Shown here: positions 24,506-37,504 of the stretch, piece by piece | How positions within the stretch are numbered: the first letter of the stretch is position 1 | Layout: every line of letters starts with the position of its first letter | DNA from: Octopus vulgaris | Lineage: Eukaryota | Assembly: GCA_951406725.2 (NCBI GenBank) | Contig: OX597820.1 | Coordinates: forward strand, 96,906,001 to 96,970,000 | Length of the DNA stretch: 64,000 nt | Direction: 5' to 3' | Made by a program: the position numbers and the translations under genes | The notes under the pieces: generated by a model | Seen by the model: only the letters and a program-made list of their open reading frames with translations | Database searches by the model: none | What the model was told of the DNA's origin: nothing

Positions 24506-25541
24506 TGTATGTATGTATGTATGTATGTATGTATGTATGCATGTATGTATGTATGCATGCATGTATGTATGAATGTATGCATGTGTATATGTATGGATGT
24601 ACATACATACGTACATGCATACAGTTCCTTTTCATCTTTTTGGGACTAATGAAAAAGTACTGTCAGTGTGGTAGTTAGTCAGATGTTAAAGAACTGGATG
24701 AAATACTTTGCAGTATTTGCTTTCACTCAGTACATTATGAGTTCAGACTCTGTTTCACTAGAAAAAATTGAGCCCTCCAGCGTTTATCAAAAATGGTGGT
24801 AGGTTTGGGAGGTCTTTCAGCAGGTACCCAAGCATTTCGGCAGATCACTTACAGTACTATCCAACAAGCTAGCAGGATTGAATTGCTTTGAATATAAGAG
24901 ACAAATGGTCTTATTCTCAGCTTGATAAATGGTGAAATAAATTCATGCTTTGGCTCCAAACCCTGGACAGATTATTTCACAAGACTTGTGGTTTTCATAG
25001 AATTGCCTTTACTATCTTAGCCTGACTAGGGCATAGAAGTTACATTCTAAGTTGTTTTCTATAATTGTAAAAATAAAAAATAATTCAAATTCAATGTTTT
25101 CTTGAAACAATAAATTTCTACAGATTTTAATTCTAATCTATGAAAAGTTTCCGTTCTACAATATTTTTAAAAGAATGAAAAATTATCCAGCAACTCATGC
25201 TAATATGAATGAGCCTGGTAAGTATAAAAGACTAATTGGCATCTCTTGTCAAGAGTACAGGCGACAGCCAGATCGCTGATGTTTGTTGTGCACTCTACTG
25301 TTGTTATTTGATTGGCATTATTCTGTGTATCTGTGTGTAAAGATCAGTTGTGCTTTGCAGGCTTGTTTTATTTTTACCCTTAACTTAGAAATGGAGAAAG
25401 ACATAGTGCTAGATATAAAAAAATAAGCCATTTGGGGCTAGAAATAAAGTGGAAAAACGTCGAATTCTTCAAGCAGGCATGTGTCTTATGTGAAATCTGT
25501 GATGAGCCTGAGTAACACTAAAGAATTGGAGTTGTCCTCTG

Positions 25542-25581
<40 letters not shown>

Positions 25582-25600
25582 ATGTATATATATATGTATG

Positions 25601-25653
<53 letters not shown>

Positions 25654-27282
25654 TCTTTTATTATTTGTTTCAGTCATTTGACTGCAGCCAAGCTGGAGCA
25701 CCACATTTAGTCAAGCAAATCGACCCCAGGACTTATTCTTTGTAAGCCTAGTACTTATTCTATTGGTCTCTTTTGCCAAACCATTAAGTTACAGGATTGT
25801 AAACACACCAGCATCGGTTGTCAAGTGATGTTGGGGTGACAAACACAGACACACAAATTCTTTGAATTCTTTGAGTGTATAGGACTGAAAAAAACACACA
25901 GCCTAGCAGGTAGTGTGTTGCACTCACACTCATAAGATGATGGTCTCAGTTCCTGGATCAAGCAGAGCATTGTGTCCCTGGGCAAAACATTTCCTTTTGC
26001 AATGCTCCAGTCAATTCAGCTGCAAATGAGTTCCAAAAATATTGAGAAATTAACCCAGTAACAGACCTGCATCTTTTTCGGGATAAGGAATGTTGTAATC
26101 TCACTCACTTATACACCATGGAAATGGGGATAAGCTTGGGCCTTATGACTCCTAGGGTTCATGATAGATCTAAGCCTAAGTCATATAAGGGGACTTGAAA
26201 TCCCTTTATGCTCTCTCCTGCTACTTTGTTGGGTACTGATCTGCACCTGCTTTAAAACTTCCTAAACTTATCACCACCATTTTTACTAAACCAAACCCTG
26301 AAGGGCTCAGTTTTTATCTAGTGAGACAGACTTTGAACTCACAATGCACAGAGTCAAGGCAAAAACTGTCAAGAATATCATAGTCCCAAATGCCCAAAAG
26401 ATGTTGGGTAAATATTTACATTGGCATCATTTCAGCATGCACATAGTACCTAGAAATATTGCTTCCATTTCTCCACAACACTGGAAAGAACATTAGATAC
26501 TTTGAGAAAAATATTTCTAAGTTGAAACTGCTGCTTGACATTCAAATTTCAGTGCAGCTTATTCAGCATACATTTGTAAATAAAAACAAGCTATAACATT
26601 TTGATGTTATCAATACCAATCCAGTAACTGGATAACTGCACACATTGGGATCTAGATTTTGACAGATATGAATAATAAGGTTTATAGTACATTATTATCA
26701 TTTAATTTTTGTATATCATGCTGGCATAGATTCAATGATTCAACAGGATCCAACTAGCCTGAGGAATTCATTGATCTCCAATGTCTGCTTTGGCAAAGTT
26801 TCTTGTGCTATACATAAAATTTTTCCAAAATTGTCTTATGCCCATTGTTACTTCACAGAAAATGACACTTAGCTGCTAGGATACCATTGTGGTTCTGTAT
26901 TGCTGTAATATTGGGATTTGCATTATAAATAGAGACCTCAGGCCTTATTTAGCCTTTTGAAAGACAATTCTTAGTAAATCAGTATTGATCTGGTGATAAT
27001 TATGTGCAAATAAGTGCCTTATTACTTTTTCATATATTTCTTCTTGACCCTAAATTTTGTAGAAGAAAAAGATTGGTTTGTTACAATATACGGTTAAGTA
27101 TTTACTGGGGAAATTTGGGGAATTTCACATCACTACTTCCTCTTATGGAATCAGTTTGATAAAGAAGCAAAAGTTCAGCCTGATGAAGGGACAAGCTTTA
27201 TGTATCTTCATAAATATTCTTACGCTGGCAGAAGATTGATATTGATATGCTTGCATGCATACATACATACACACATGCATAC

Positions 27283-27386
27283 ATCTGTAAAACTTTTCAG
27301 AAGTTTATCATTTAAGTATATATGAGCATATCTAGGCATGTAATTATATGCATGAGAATGCATAAAACAAAACATACAAAATTGCA
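27283..27386 (+). mobile_element. Extreme 3' fragment of the same R4/Dong-like family
   Basis: atc tgt aaa act ttt cag aag ttt atc att taa (ICKTFQKFII*), with a UTR matching 24060-24175(-); preceded by catacatacatac. Confidence 0.85.
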
Positions 27387-27388
27387 TC

Positions 27389-27520
27389 GACCTGTCAAAC
27401 TGAGTGAAATCGTAAGACCTGTCGAACTAAGTGAAATTGTCAAGACCTGTTGAACCAAGTGAAATCGTGAAGTCCTGTTGAACCAAGTGAAATCGTGAAG
27501 TCCTGTCAAACCAAGTGAAA
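27389..27520 (+). repeat. Minisatellite, about 5 x 27-28 bp, related to the RTE 3' end
   Basis: Units gacctgtYgaaccaagtgaaatcgtgaa with no spacers; resemble gtgaagacctgttgaggcaagtgaaa at 41875-41900. Confidence 0.85.
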
Positions 27521-27774
27521 TATGTATGTATGTGTGTGTATATGTTTGTGTGTCTGTGTTTGTCCCCCCCCAACATCGTTTGACAACCAATGCTGGTGTG
27601 TTTACATCCCTGTAAATTAGCGGTTCGGCTAAAGAGACCGATAGAATAAGTACTAGGCTTACAAAGAATAAGTCCTGGGGTTGATTTGCTTGACTAAAGT
27701 TGGTGCTCCAGCATGGCCGCAGTCAAATGACTGAAACAAGTAAAAGTAAAAATAAAAGTATAGCTGTACATACC

Positions 27775-28956
27775 TTTATTCAACTATGTATGTCCCATTT
27801 TGTTCCACTACTTTTTTGCCATCTTTGAGGCATCTTCACAATCCCATCCTCCCAGAACTTTGCATCTTTCTGGATCATGAACTGGTCTAAGTAGTTTTTA
27901 CATGCTTTTAAAGAAGCAGAGTTCTTTCCATTAAGATTGAAATAAATGATAATCCGACGGTGCAAGGTCAAGTGAGTACAGTGGGTGAGTCAGGACATTT
28001 CACACAAGCTGCACCAAGTTCTGCCTGGACTGCAAAGTAAAAAAAATGGCAGTCTAGTGTTGTCCTGATGTAAGATGACAGTCTTTTGGTTGGCCAATTC
28101 TGGATGTTTTTCATCAATTACATCCTTTGGAAGTAATAACAGTCAGAATTTAATGTCTGATTTTGTGGAAGTAGCTCCTAATACACAATGCCCTTCCAAT
28201 TCCACCAGATACAGAGTATCACATTCTTTGGATACAGACCAACTTTGGAGAGATTGAAGAGAGTTCATTTTGTTTTCTCTAGGACCTTTTTCATTTTATG
28301 CTGTTATAAATAATCCATTTCTCATTACATGTGATTGTTCTTTTCAAAAATGGATCGTTTTTGTTTTGTCTAAGCAGAGAATTGCAGATGGAAATGTGCT
28401 CTATTAAGTTTTTTTCCATTAAGTTATGAGGCACTCAAACATTATAGCAATTCATGTAATCAAAGTGTCTTTAAATGCTTTATAACATTCACATGAGATA
28501 CGTGGAGAATCTCCACAACGTCTTTCATTGTGTGACATGGATTATTTCTTATTAAAGTCTCTATTTGTTCATTATCAATGATTGTAGGCCTGTCGAAACG
28601 CTCATGATCTTCCAGGTCAAAGTATTCAGTTCTAAACCTGGCAAACCACTTACGAACAATATTTTCAGCTATGGCACCATCTCCATAAACAGCACATATC
28701 TTCTTTGCCATTTGTGCTGGATGTTTTGCCTTTCCAGAAATAAAGAGCATTAAATGATGAAAATGTATTTCATTTTCTTTCATTTTCAATTCTATCGTAA
28801 GAAAAATGTAGAAGTAAATAATCCACACAAAATTCAAAAAGATCTCCTCTTTCAGAAAATATACATATGTCATATGTTCCTGTCATATGATGAAACAGAT
28901 CACATGATTAAACATCACCAGTTGAAAAACACTATGAACTTTTTTATCAATCCAAT
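27775..28956 (-). mobile_element. Degenerate mariner transposon
   Basis: MKENEIHFHHLML..ICAVYGDGAI..VRKWFARFR..DLED..RP and a C-terminal FWEDGIVKMPQRWQK. 5' TIR near 28925-28955. Confidence 0.92.
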
Positions 28957-29069
28957 ATATATAAGTATAGCTAATTAATATAGTTAATCAAGTTGTCCAT
29001 GAGGGAGTCATACCCAACAATTAGTGTAGCAGCATTATAATCAACTACTAAAATGGCAAAGGCTATGGC

Positions 29070-31206
29070 TTGAACAGAAATAATTACAGTGGCACCAAAT
29101 TTCTGGAGCAGATGATGAAAGTTGCAGAAATGGTCATAGCTCAATTAATTAGGAAGTGAGTTAGCAGAAAATGTGATGCAGTTTGGATTTGTGCCTGGGA
29201 GAAGCAAAATCAATATTATCTTACTGGTGAGGTAACTGCAGGAGAAGTACTCGGCCAAAAATAAACCTCTGTATTTGGTATTTGTTAACATGGAGAAAGC
29301 CTTTGACAGGGTCCCTTGCTCTTTTATCTGGTGGGCAATGTGGAAACTAAGGATAGATAAGTGGTTAGTGAGAGATGTACAAGCCATGTACATTATGTTG
29401 TCATTAAGGTGAAAGTCACCAATGAGTATAGCAAGGAAGTTAGTGTACAAGCAGGAGTCCACCAGGGATTGGTTCTCAGTTACCTCTTGTTTATCATAAG
29501 TTCCCCAAGCTATAAGAGAGGAATTTAAGACTGACTGCCCTTGGGAGTGCCTCCATGCTAATGACCTTGTTCTTATTGCTGAATCACCACCAGAACTAGA
29601 GAGGAAATTTCAGGTATGGAAGCCAGGCCTGGAATCAAAGGGCCTTAGAGTTCATTTATCAAAGATCAAAGTCCTAATAAGTAGGAAAACAGACAAGTCA
29701 CAGCTCCCTTCAGGGAGATGGCCCCGCTTAATATGTAGAAAATGTGTCAGCAAAAACTCTATTTGGTGTATCCAATGCAAGCTATGGATACATAAGAGGT
29801 GTTGTAATATCACTGGAAAACACCAGAAATATACAAAAATAGACTCCCTCAAATGCCAGGGGTTTCCTTAGAAGTAGTTGACAGTTTCCATTACTTAGGT
29901 GACCAAGTTAGTAGTTGGGGGAGGTTGTTCCGAAAGCATGGCTGCTAGAACAAGAATAGGCTGGGCAAAGTTCAAAGAGCCACTACCTCTGTTAGTAACA
30001 AAGGGCCTCCTCTCCCTCAGAGTGAAAGGCAGATTGTATGATACTTGTGTGCAAACAGCTATGCAACATGGCAGTGAAACATTGGCTGTGAGTGCTGAGG
30101 ACAAGTGAAGGCTTGAAAGAAATGAAGCCAGCATGCTCTGCTGGATGGGAAATGTCAGTGTGCATATACAACAGAGTGTGAGTAATTTGAGAGAAAAGCT
30201 AAGTATACAGAACATCAGATGTAGTGTGCAAGAGAGAAGGCTGCATGGTACGGTCATGTAATGCATATGAATGAAGACAGTTGCATCAAGAAGTGCCGAG
30301 CTCTGATTATGAAGGTAACATGCAGAAAGGGAAAACCCAGGAAGACATGGGACAAAGTGGTGAGAAAGGATCTTCAGATATTGGACCTCACAGAGGGGAT
30401 GACAAGGGACCAAGACTTCTAGCAGTTTGCTGTACTTGAGAAGATACATCAAGCTAAGTAAATATGTGGTTGTCCTTGGATACAGGCACGTTCCCCTGCA
30501 TCCCTCTTCAACTGAGCATTCCGAAATTTACAGGCTTGTGGGTACCGATGACATATAAAAAAAAAACTTGTGTTGGTGCCACATAAAAGCACTGATGCTG
30601 GTGTTGTATAAAAGCACCCATACATACAGGTGTATGGCATCCAGCTATAGAAACCATACCTATTTCTTTATTGCCCACAAGGGGCTAAACATAGAGGGGA
30701 CAAACAAGGATAGACAAAGGGATTAAGTCAATTATATCGACCCCAGTGTGTAACTGGTACTTATTTAATCGACCCCGAAAGGATCAAAGGCAAAGTCGAC
30801 CTCGGCGGAATTTGAACTCAGAACGTAGCGACAGACGAAATACCTATTTCTTTACTACCCACAAGGGGCTAAACATAGAGGGGACAAATAAGGATAGACA
30901 AATGGATTAAGTCGATTATATTGACCCCAGTGCATAACTGGTACTTATTTAATCGACCCTGAAAGGATAAAAGGAAAAGAATCGACCCCGAAAGGTTGAA
31001 AGGCAAAGTCGACCTCGGCGGAATTTGAACTCAGAACGTAACGGCAGACGAAATACAGCTACGCATTTCGCCCGGCGTGCTAACGATTCTGCCAGCTCGC
31101 CGCCCTCAAAACAGACATGGAGCTCAGGCAGCTGGCCAACTGGCTAACTCCTATCAAACTGTCCAACTCATACAGCATGGAAAATGGATGTTAAATGATG
31201 ATGATG
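29070..31206 (+). mobile_element. RTE-clade LINE 3' half (RT, frameshifted) with (GAT)n tail, interrupted by a SINE B dimer
   Basis: QFGFVPGRS, FVNMEKAFDRVP, GVHQGLVLS, HANDLVL, ARTRIGWAKFKE, HGSETL motifs; the 3' UTR resumes after 31104. Confidence 0.93.
30657..31104 (-). mobile_element. Head-to-tail dimer of SINE family B
   Basis: Two units starting tacctatttcttta at ~30657 and 30841; the second has a small internal duplication (aatcgaccc..gaaagg). Confidence 0.9.
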
Positions 31207-31509
31207 AGATTACGATAAGGATGATGATGACAACAATGATAATGCTCTAAAGTGGTACCACATGTCTTGCTTGTTCCTTCTTTCTTTTTAATATATATCT
31301 ACCCACTCTCACTGATGATCCACTTATAACCATTCATTGCTAGGCAGCTACAACAGTACTTTTGTTTTAGCCACATTCAAATTGAAGTTTTAGTGGTAAA
31401 CAAACCTGAGCACTTATTATATATACCTATTATATTAAGTCATTAGATGCAATTTTATCTGTACTTTCTATATCCATATAAATGTCAGTCTCCTACCAAT
31501 GTACACACA

Positions 31510-31567
<58 letters not shown>

Positions 31568-31800
31568 TGTGTGTGTGTCTGTGTCTGTGTCTGTGTCTGT
31601 GTATAAATGTCCCTTGATTTATTGTTTCATTTATGCAAACTTACAAAGAATCCCATGAACAAAACAAGATTGTTTTCCAGAATTGCAAACACCTTTCTCC
31701 ATGTGGTTGGCTTGAAAAATTAACATACTTGGATATTTTCCAACTCTGCTTAGCATGAAACCAATGGTAGCCTTAATTCACAATTAAAGAAATTATATAT

Positions 31801-31855
<55 letters not shown>

Positions 31856-32100
31856 AGATGAGGTTTTTCACGCTAAGTACTTGATAAATTCTTATAAAGA
31901 TTTTATCCTATTTTTAAATTATATATATATATATATGCACATACATACATATATATGTATGTATGTATGTTTGTACATATATTCAGTGACTGAGATACAA
32001 AGATGGAGGGACAGACAGACAGGTGAATAAATGGATGGATGAATGAGAAGTTATCTAGGGATAATTAGATTGATAGATAGATGATAGATAGATGATAGAT

Positions 32101-32169
<69 letters not shown>

Positions 32170-32179
32170 TAGATGGATG

Positions 32180-32259
<80 letters not shown>

Positions 32260-32262
32260 TTA

Positions 32263-32600
32263 TATGTGTGTATAAGAGTTATATGCTGAGGGAAAGCCAC
32301 TAAGTGGTTTTCCATCTTGCTAGAAATTGGAGTTAAATCCCAAACCATGAGAAAGCTACTCTTATTTTCGCATGTTGAATGTAGGCAGGCAGGAAAATTT
32401 GAGAAAATTCAAAAATGATTAGTCATTCCTGTACTTTCAAAACACAGGAATGACTAATCATTTTTTAATTCTCTCAAATTGTTCTGCCCACCTACATTCA
32501 AGGTGCTTTTTTGTGGTTTGGTATTTAACTCCCATCTCTAGCGTGATTGAAAACCACTTAGCGGCTTTTCTGCAGTGTATAGCTCTTATACACACACATA
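32263..32600. repeat. Imperfect foldback, ~160-bp arms, between GATA arrays
   Basis: 32263-32432 is the reverse complement of 32444-32600; the centre aaaaatgattagtcattcctgt/acaggaatgactaatcattttt is perfect. Confidence 0.85.
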
Positions 32601-32716
32601 GTATAATGATATTTGCAGTCTATGGACATTTTCACTCATTTTCACTGGTAAAAAAATTAACATTTAATTTTTACCCTATATTTAAAATTTTTAGGTAGAT
32701 AGATAGATAGATAGAA

Positions 32717-32834
<118 letters not shown>

Positions 32835-32835
32835 T

Positions 32836-33006
<171 letters not shown>

Positions 33007-34518
33007 GCAGACAGACAGAGATCAGACTGTAAGTTAGTTCTGGAGACAGAGAGTGGAGTTTAAAGGCAAGAAAAGGAGACGGAGCCAAATGCAAAATCAA
33101 TAGATCTTGATGTACAAATGATTACATTAGAAAGAGTTAGTAAATATTGTCATAATCCAAAGTCAGATGCTTGGTAGCATATGTGCTGACTAAATCAATG
33201 TTGATTTGATTGTTTTCTCAAAGAAAAAACAACTTGTCATGTCCATAAACGTTTCTTGTTAATTTACATGAAGATTTCAGTTACTTAAACTTGAAAAAAG
33301 TTTAAAAATTTAAAATAAAAAAATTAGACTTTGTTCATTATTTTTTGCTTTGTTTTCATTTCTTTCTTTATTTATTTTATGTCTATTTACTTATTCAATT
33401 TTTTGTGTTTTTTTTTTTAGGTCTATATAAATTTGTAGACACACAACAGACACATTTTGAAATATTTTATCGTTCACGTTTTACTTTTATTTTTGCTAAA
33501 ATGTAAATCTAAATAAACTAAATTCAAGTGCATAACCAGCATTTAATTGTGTGCTAAACTTTGATCTGCGTCTGCATGTTTTTTCAGGTCAGAATGACAT
33601 TTTTGGTGAAGTTGGCCTATGAGCAATGTTTCCCAACTTTTCAGATTATGCTATATGATCTTTCTGAAAAGGTTGTGAAGACGAAAACTTACAATTTTAA
33701 TGTACACTTTTACTCTTTTACTTGTTTCAGTCATTTGACTGTGGCCAAGCTGGAGCACCGCCTTTTAGTCGGGCAAATCGACCCCAGGACTTATTCTTTG
33801 TAAGCCTCGTACTTATTCTATCGAAGCATCAGCATCGGTTGTCAAGCGATGTTGTGGGGACAAACACAGACACACAAACATATACATACACACATACATT
33901 TATATATATTTATATACGACGGGCTTCTTTCAGTTTCCGACAACCAAATCCACTCAAAAGGCTTTGGTCAACCCGAGGCTATAGTAGAAGACACTTGCCT
34001 GAGGTGCCACGGAGTGAGACTGAACCCGGAACCATGTGGTTCATAACCAAGCTACTTACCACACAACCACTCCTACACCTACTATTTCATAAACATCTAA
34101 AATGTGCATGAATATGTTACTATTTCATAAAATCTAAAATAAACATGGATTTGTTATACAATATGCCATAGCCATGAGGCTACAACACAACATTTACTGC
34201 AAACGAAGCTGCATATTTCCCCAAGAAACTATTCATTAAGTGAATCTTGTTTCTAGAAAATTGCATTTTATTTAACCTTTTCCATACCAACCAGCCTGCA
34301 ACAGAAATATGGGTCACAGGATATTATTGATTTGCTGAAAGAAGTTACAATGGTAAAAGCTAAGGACCACTTTTTTAGAGGACACCTAATTAACAGCAAA
34401 GGAATTGACAGTTTATCACTTGTTATCTCTGATTGTGTTGATTGCAATGACATTAACTTTCAGACAAGCTCAATAAAACTAACTGCATATAAGAGTTAAC
34501 GAGAGACATACAGTCTTA

Positions 34519-35035
34519 TCTATATATATAAAACTGTAGTTGTGTGAGTGTCTGTCTCCTACGATTTAGATTCCTAACTCCTCCCACATTTTGCGGTGCA
34601 GTTTAACCAAATTCGGGTATCTTATAGTCGTGATTAATATCGAGCCTGTCTGGCTATTAGCGCGCGTCTACGATGAGTCTACGATTTTAAAAATAATTTA
34701 ACATCATTTTTTATTCCATTTTAATGCATAATTTTTCGTGTGTCGATGGCGGCGGAGTTGGTGTCCACGCTCAAACACCTGCACCTGTGTTTGCTTCTCC
34801 CCCTTCTTCCCTCCCTCGTGAAGCTGTGGGGAAGGGAGTTTAAGGAAATCAACGTCGTAATGCGTTGTCAAGGAGACCAGCATTCTTTTAGAACAACGAC
34901 TTCATGGCTTGAAGACACCAAAACAGAAATGGCTAAGAAAGCCCGAATTGGCATCTATAAAGGAAGTAACTCTCTAAAAATGCTTATATAGTTATTTCCC
35001 TTACAAACCCGAGCAACACCGGGCGATACTGCTAG
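34519..35035 (+). mobile_element. Non-autonomous Helitron
   Basis: A|TC start, subterminal hairpin cccgagcaacaccggg, CTAG|T end, no TSD; CpG-rich, so probably young. Confidence 0.9.
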
Positions 35036-35855
35036 TTGGTAATAAAATGGTAATGTGATTATCAAATTTATAGAGCTAAGAGTATATTTGTAGAATAAAT
35101 GTAGATGCTTCTCAACACAGTAAGCTTAGAAACACATTTCAATTTTATAATGCTACCACTGTTTGCAGCTGTAAATTATGTGTGTGTCCCCCACCCTGTA
35201 ATACATATTTACAATTACTGAGACTGATCTTCAATGAAAATTTATTATCTTTGCACTCAACACTGTGCAGGACTCAATAATGAGAGGATGTGAAAAGCCA
35301 AAACTTAGTATCTTCTGATTATTTTCTAACCAAAGCAGCATACTCCACATCAACTTACTAGCCAACATCCACTGCTCCCCACACTGCTAGTCCTAAATTG
35401 GCTACTTATAGATGCAAATGTATGTAACTTCTGAGCCATCTGAGACAGCTAATTGAGCTGAAAGCAATCACCCACCGCTATCAACTTATAAACTTTAGCT
35501 ACTATCAATTCCAGCAGCCACAAGATAATTGTCAGAGAATTAAATAATGTTTCTGTACATTACATAGCCCACAAGCTCGCTTATCTACAGAAGTACAACC
35601 AGGCCTTCCCCTCTCTTGCCAAGAGGAGCTTTAATAACCTTTTTCCCCAAGCCAAAATGTAGCTTCAGATAAAATCATCACAGTTACTTTCAAATTTGCT
35701 TTCAGCTCCAAACCAAAGTAAATAAGCACATACAAATCATCTCTACATATGCTCTGTTACCAAAAAAGTTAACTAATCTGGGTAACACAACCCAACAGAG
35801 TGGCTTTATTAAACAGACTTCATGTCATACCATTCAGTCAGTGTATACAAAAGAT

Positions 35856-36240
35856 TCAATTCAATTCAATTCAATTTTTATTGGCTCAAAAAGCAAAAGC
35901 AAGGCCATGTAGGGGGACAGGGAGTTATGTACAGGGAGGGTGGTCATACAAAGAGTTCAGGCCATTTCTGGTCAAAAGAGACTTGGAACCAAGCAGTCGT
36001 CAGCATCTTCACTATCTCGTCCAGCAGTTTATTCCACGGATCTCCAACCCAGACGGAGAAAGCCCCTCTCCTTCGATTTCAATGAAATCATCGTAGATAG
36101 AGCTTTTCAGAGTGACCCCGCACCCCACGCTCTGGAGCAGGAGTGAAGGACAGCTCTTTCGAGAGGTTACACTTTCCGCTTATGATGTTGTGAGCGAGAA
36201 TGAGATCACCACGGCGGTGGCGTTTTTCGAGAGAATGAAT
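35856..36240 (-). mobile_element. 3' end of a CR1-group LINE with (ATTGA)n tail
   Basis: HSLEKRHRRGDLILAHNII..RGHSEKL..AFSVWVGDPWNKL, then AATAAA and attga repeats. Confidence 0.88.
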
Positions 36241-36406
36241 CCTATTGTCACAAAATTCTTCTGCCTTTCTCTGTCAGTAGATTTCTGTTCCAATTTCTAG
36301 AAACACAAGATAATGTGCTCCAGCTTAGAGAAGAGCAAACTCTTAAACATTGCTTATTAGTAATGTATCACCTTCAATTCCAGCATCTCAAAAGCTTATC
36401 AGAATA

Positions 36407-36714
36407 AATATAAATGACTGTTTTGTTTTGGGATTTGGTTTGCAAGATTCTTTATGTGAGTTCATGTGTTGAAGCATATTCTGTTGTGTCAGGGGAGAGT
36501 CATTTTCTTTTTGTGCCTTATAATTTAACACACTCACCAGTAAAATTTCCACTTATTTCTTATTTCTATTTTCCTAAAATTTTTGTTGCATCTTGCAACC
36601 TTTTCAATAGTCTTTCAATAAGAAATAAGTGGAAATTTTACCGGTGAGTGTGTTTAATTATAAGGCACAAAAAGAAAATGAGTCTCCCCAGACAAAACAG
36701 AATATAAATGACTG
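36407..36714. mobile_element. Short Penelope-like insert with 89-bp inverted segment and 14-bp flanking direct repeat
   Basis: Arms 36476-36564 and 36617-36705; aatataaatgactg at 36407-36420 and 36701-36714. Confidence 0.75.
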
Positions 36715-37088
36715 CTTTTTAATTTGATCTATTAGAGATCAAATTTTCTACACCATGCACTAATGGTCATCTACCCTTGAGAACTTCATTGAAAGCAATA
36801 CAAAATCTTTGCCATCAGCAAAGATTTTGACTATATTCCATGTACTCTTTTTTTCTTTGACTTGAAGTTTTCTGAGCCAGAATTCATAAAAGACACTTGT
36901 CCAAAGTATGAACAAGTGGGTATGAGAAACTTTATTTAATTACATTTTTTTACAAATCACTTCCAACAAAGCAGAAAATCAACAGCAATAAAAGACACTG
37001 ACAAGCAACTATGTAGATTGTTCGGAGCAAGAAGAAATATCTAATCAAAACAAGATTTAAAGAATTCGTACTATATTTAACAGACAAA

Positions 37089-37504
37089 GGATCTTTTCGG
37101 TTTGAACGGCAGTTTTTTTCTAGCGGTGTCGTATGAAATTGTCACCCATAATTATGACCCTAGAATCGATCTATTGCATTTCAATCTCTTTTAGGGTTAG
37201 GGTTAGGGGTGGGGGAAGGGTATCTTTTTTTCTTCACAAATGTAAATAAACCCAATTTGTTTCTTAAACAAGGGACATATTCATATGGCACAGAATGCTT
37301 TTTAACTCAATAGATGTCACTGATTGGTTGAAATTGCAGAAATCGAAGAAAAAAACAACAAATATCATACAAACTATAGAATTTTCTCAATAAAGCCAAG
37401 AGAAAAAGATGTTTTATAAACACATTCTACCAGTATACGAAGTTTAAAATTTTTTAGTTACCTAGAAATTATGTTAAAAACTGCTGTTCAAACTGAAAAG
37501 ATCC
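37089..37504 (+). mobile_element. MITE with ~29-bp TIRs and 8-bp TSD (Merlin- or MULE-like), internal (TTAGGG)3
   Basis: GGATCTTTTCGGTTTGAACGGCAG termini; flanks cagacaaa/ctgacaaa. Confidence 0.88.

Noticed and set aside
25124-25217. Plus-strand open exon candidate ending CCTG|gtaagt
   Set aside because: Isolated, with no partner exons or recognisable protein; the surroundings look like a decayed transposon.
27389-27520. CRISPR-like 28-bp repeats
   Set aside because: No spacers, no cas genes, eukaryotic context; the unit resembles an RTE tail.
31644-31770. Minus-strand exon candidate with strong gtaagt donor and PH/REC114-like words
   Set aside because: Weak AAG acceptors, and the suggestive motifs fall in different frames.
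33589-33672. Acceptor followed by GQNDIFGE, like the KCNH channel GKNDIFGE motif
   Set aside because: The frame stops three codons after the motif and no other channel exons were seen.
37190-37209. Interstitial telomere or fusion site
   Set aside because: Only three units, internal to a MITE that recurs at 57009-57416.
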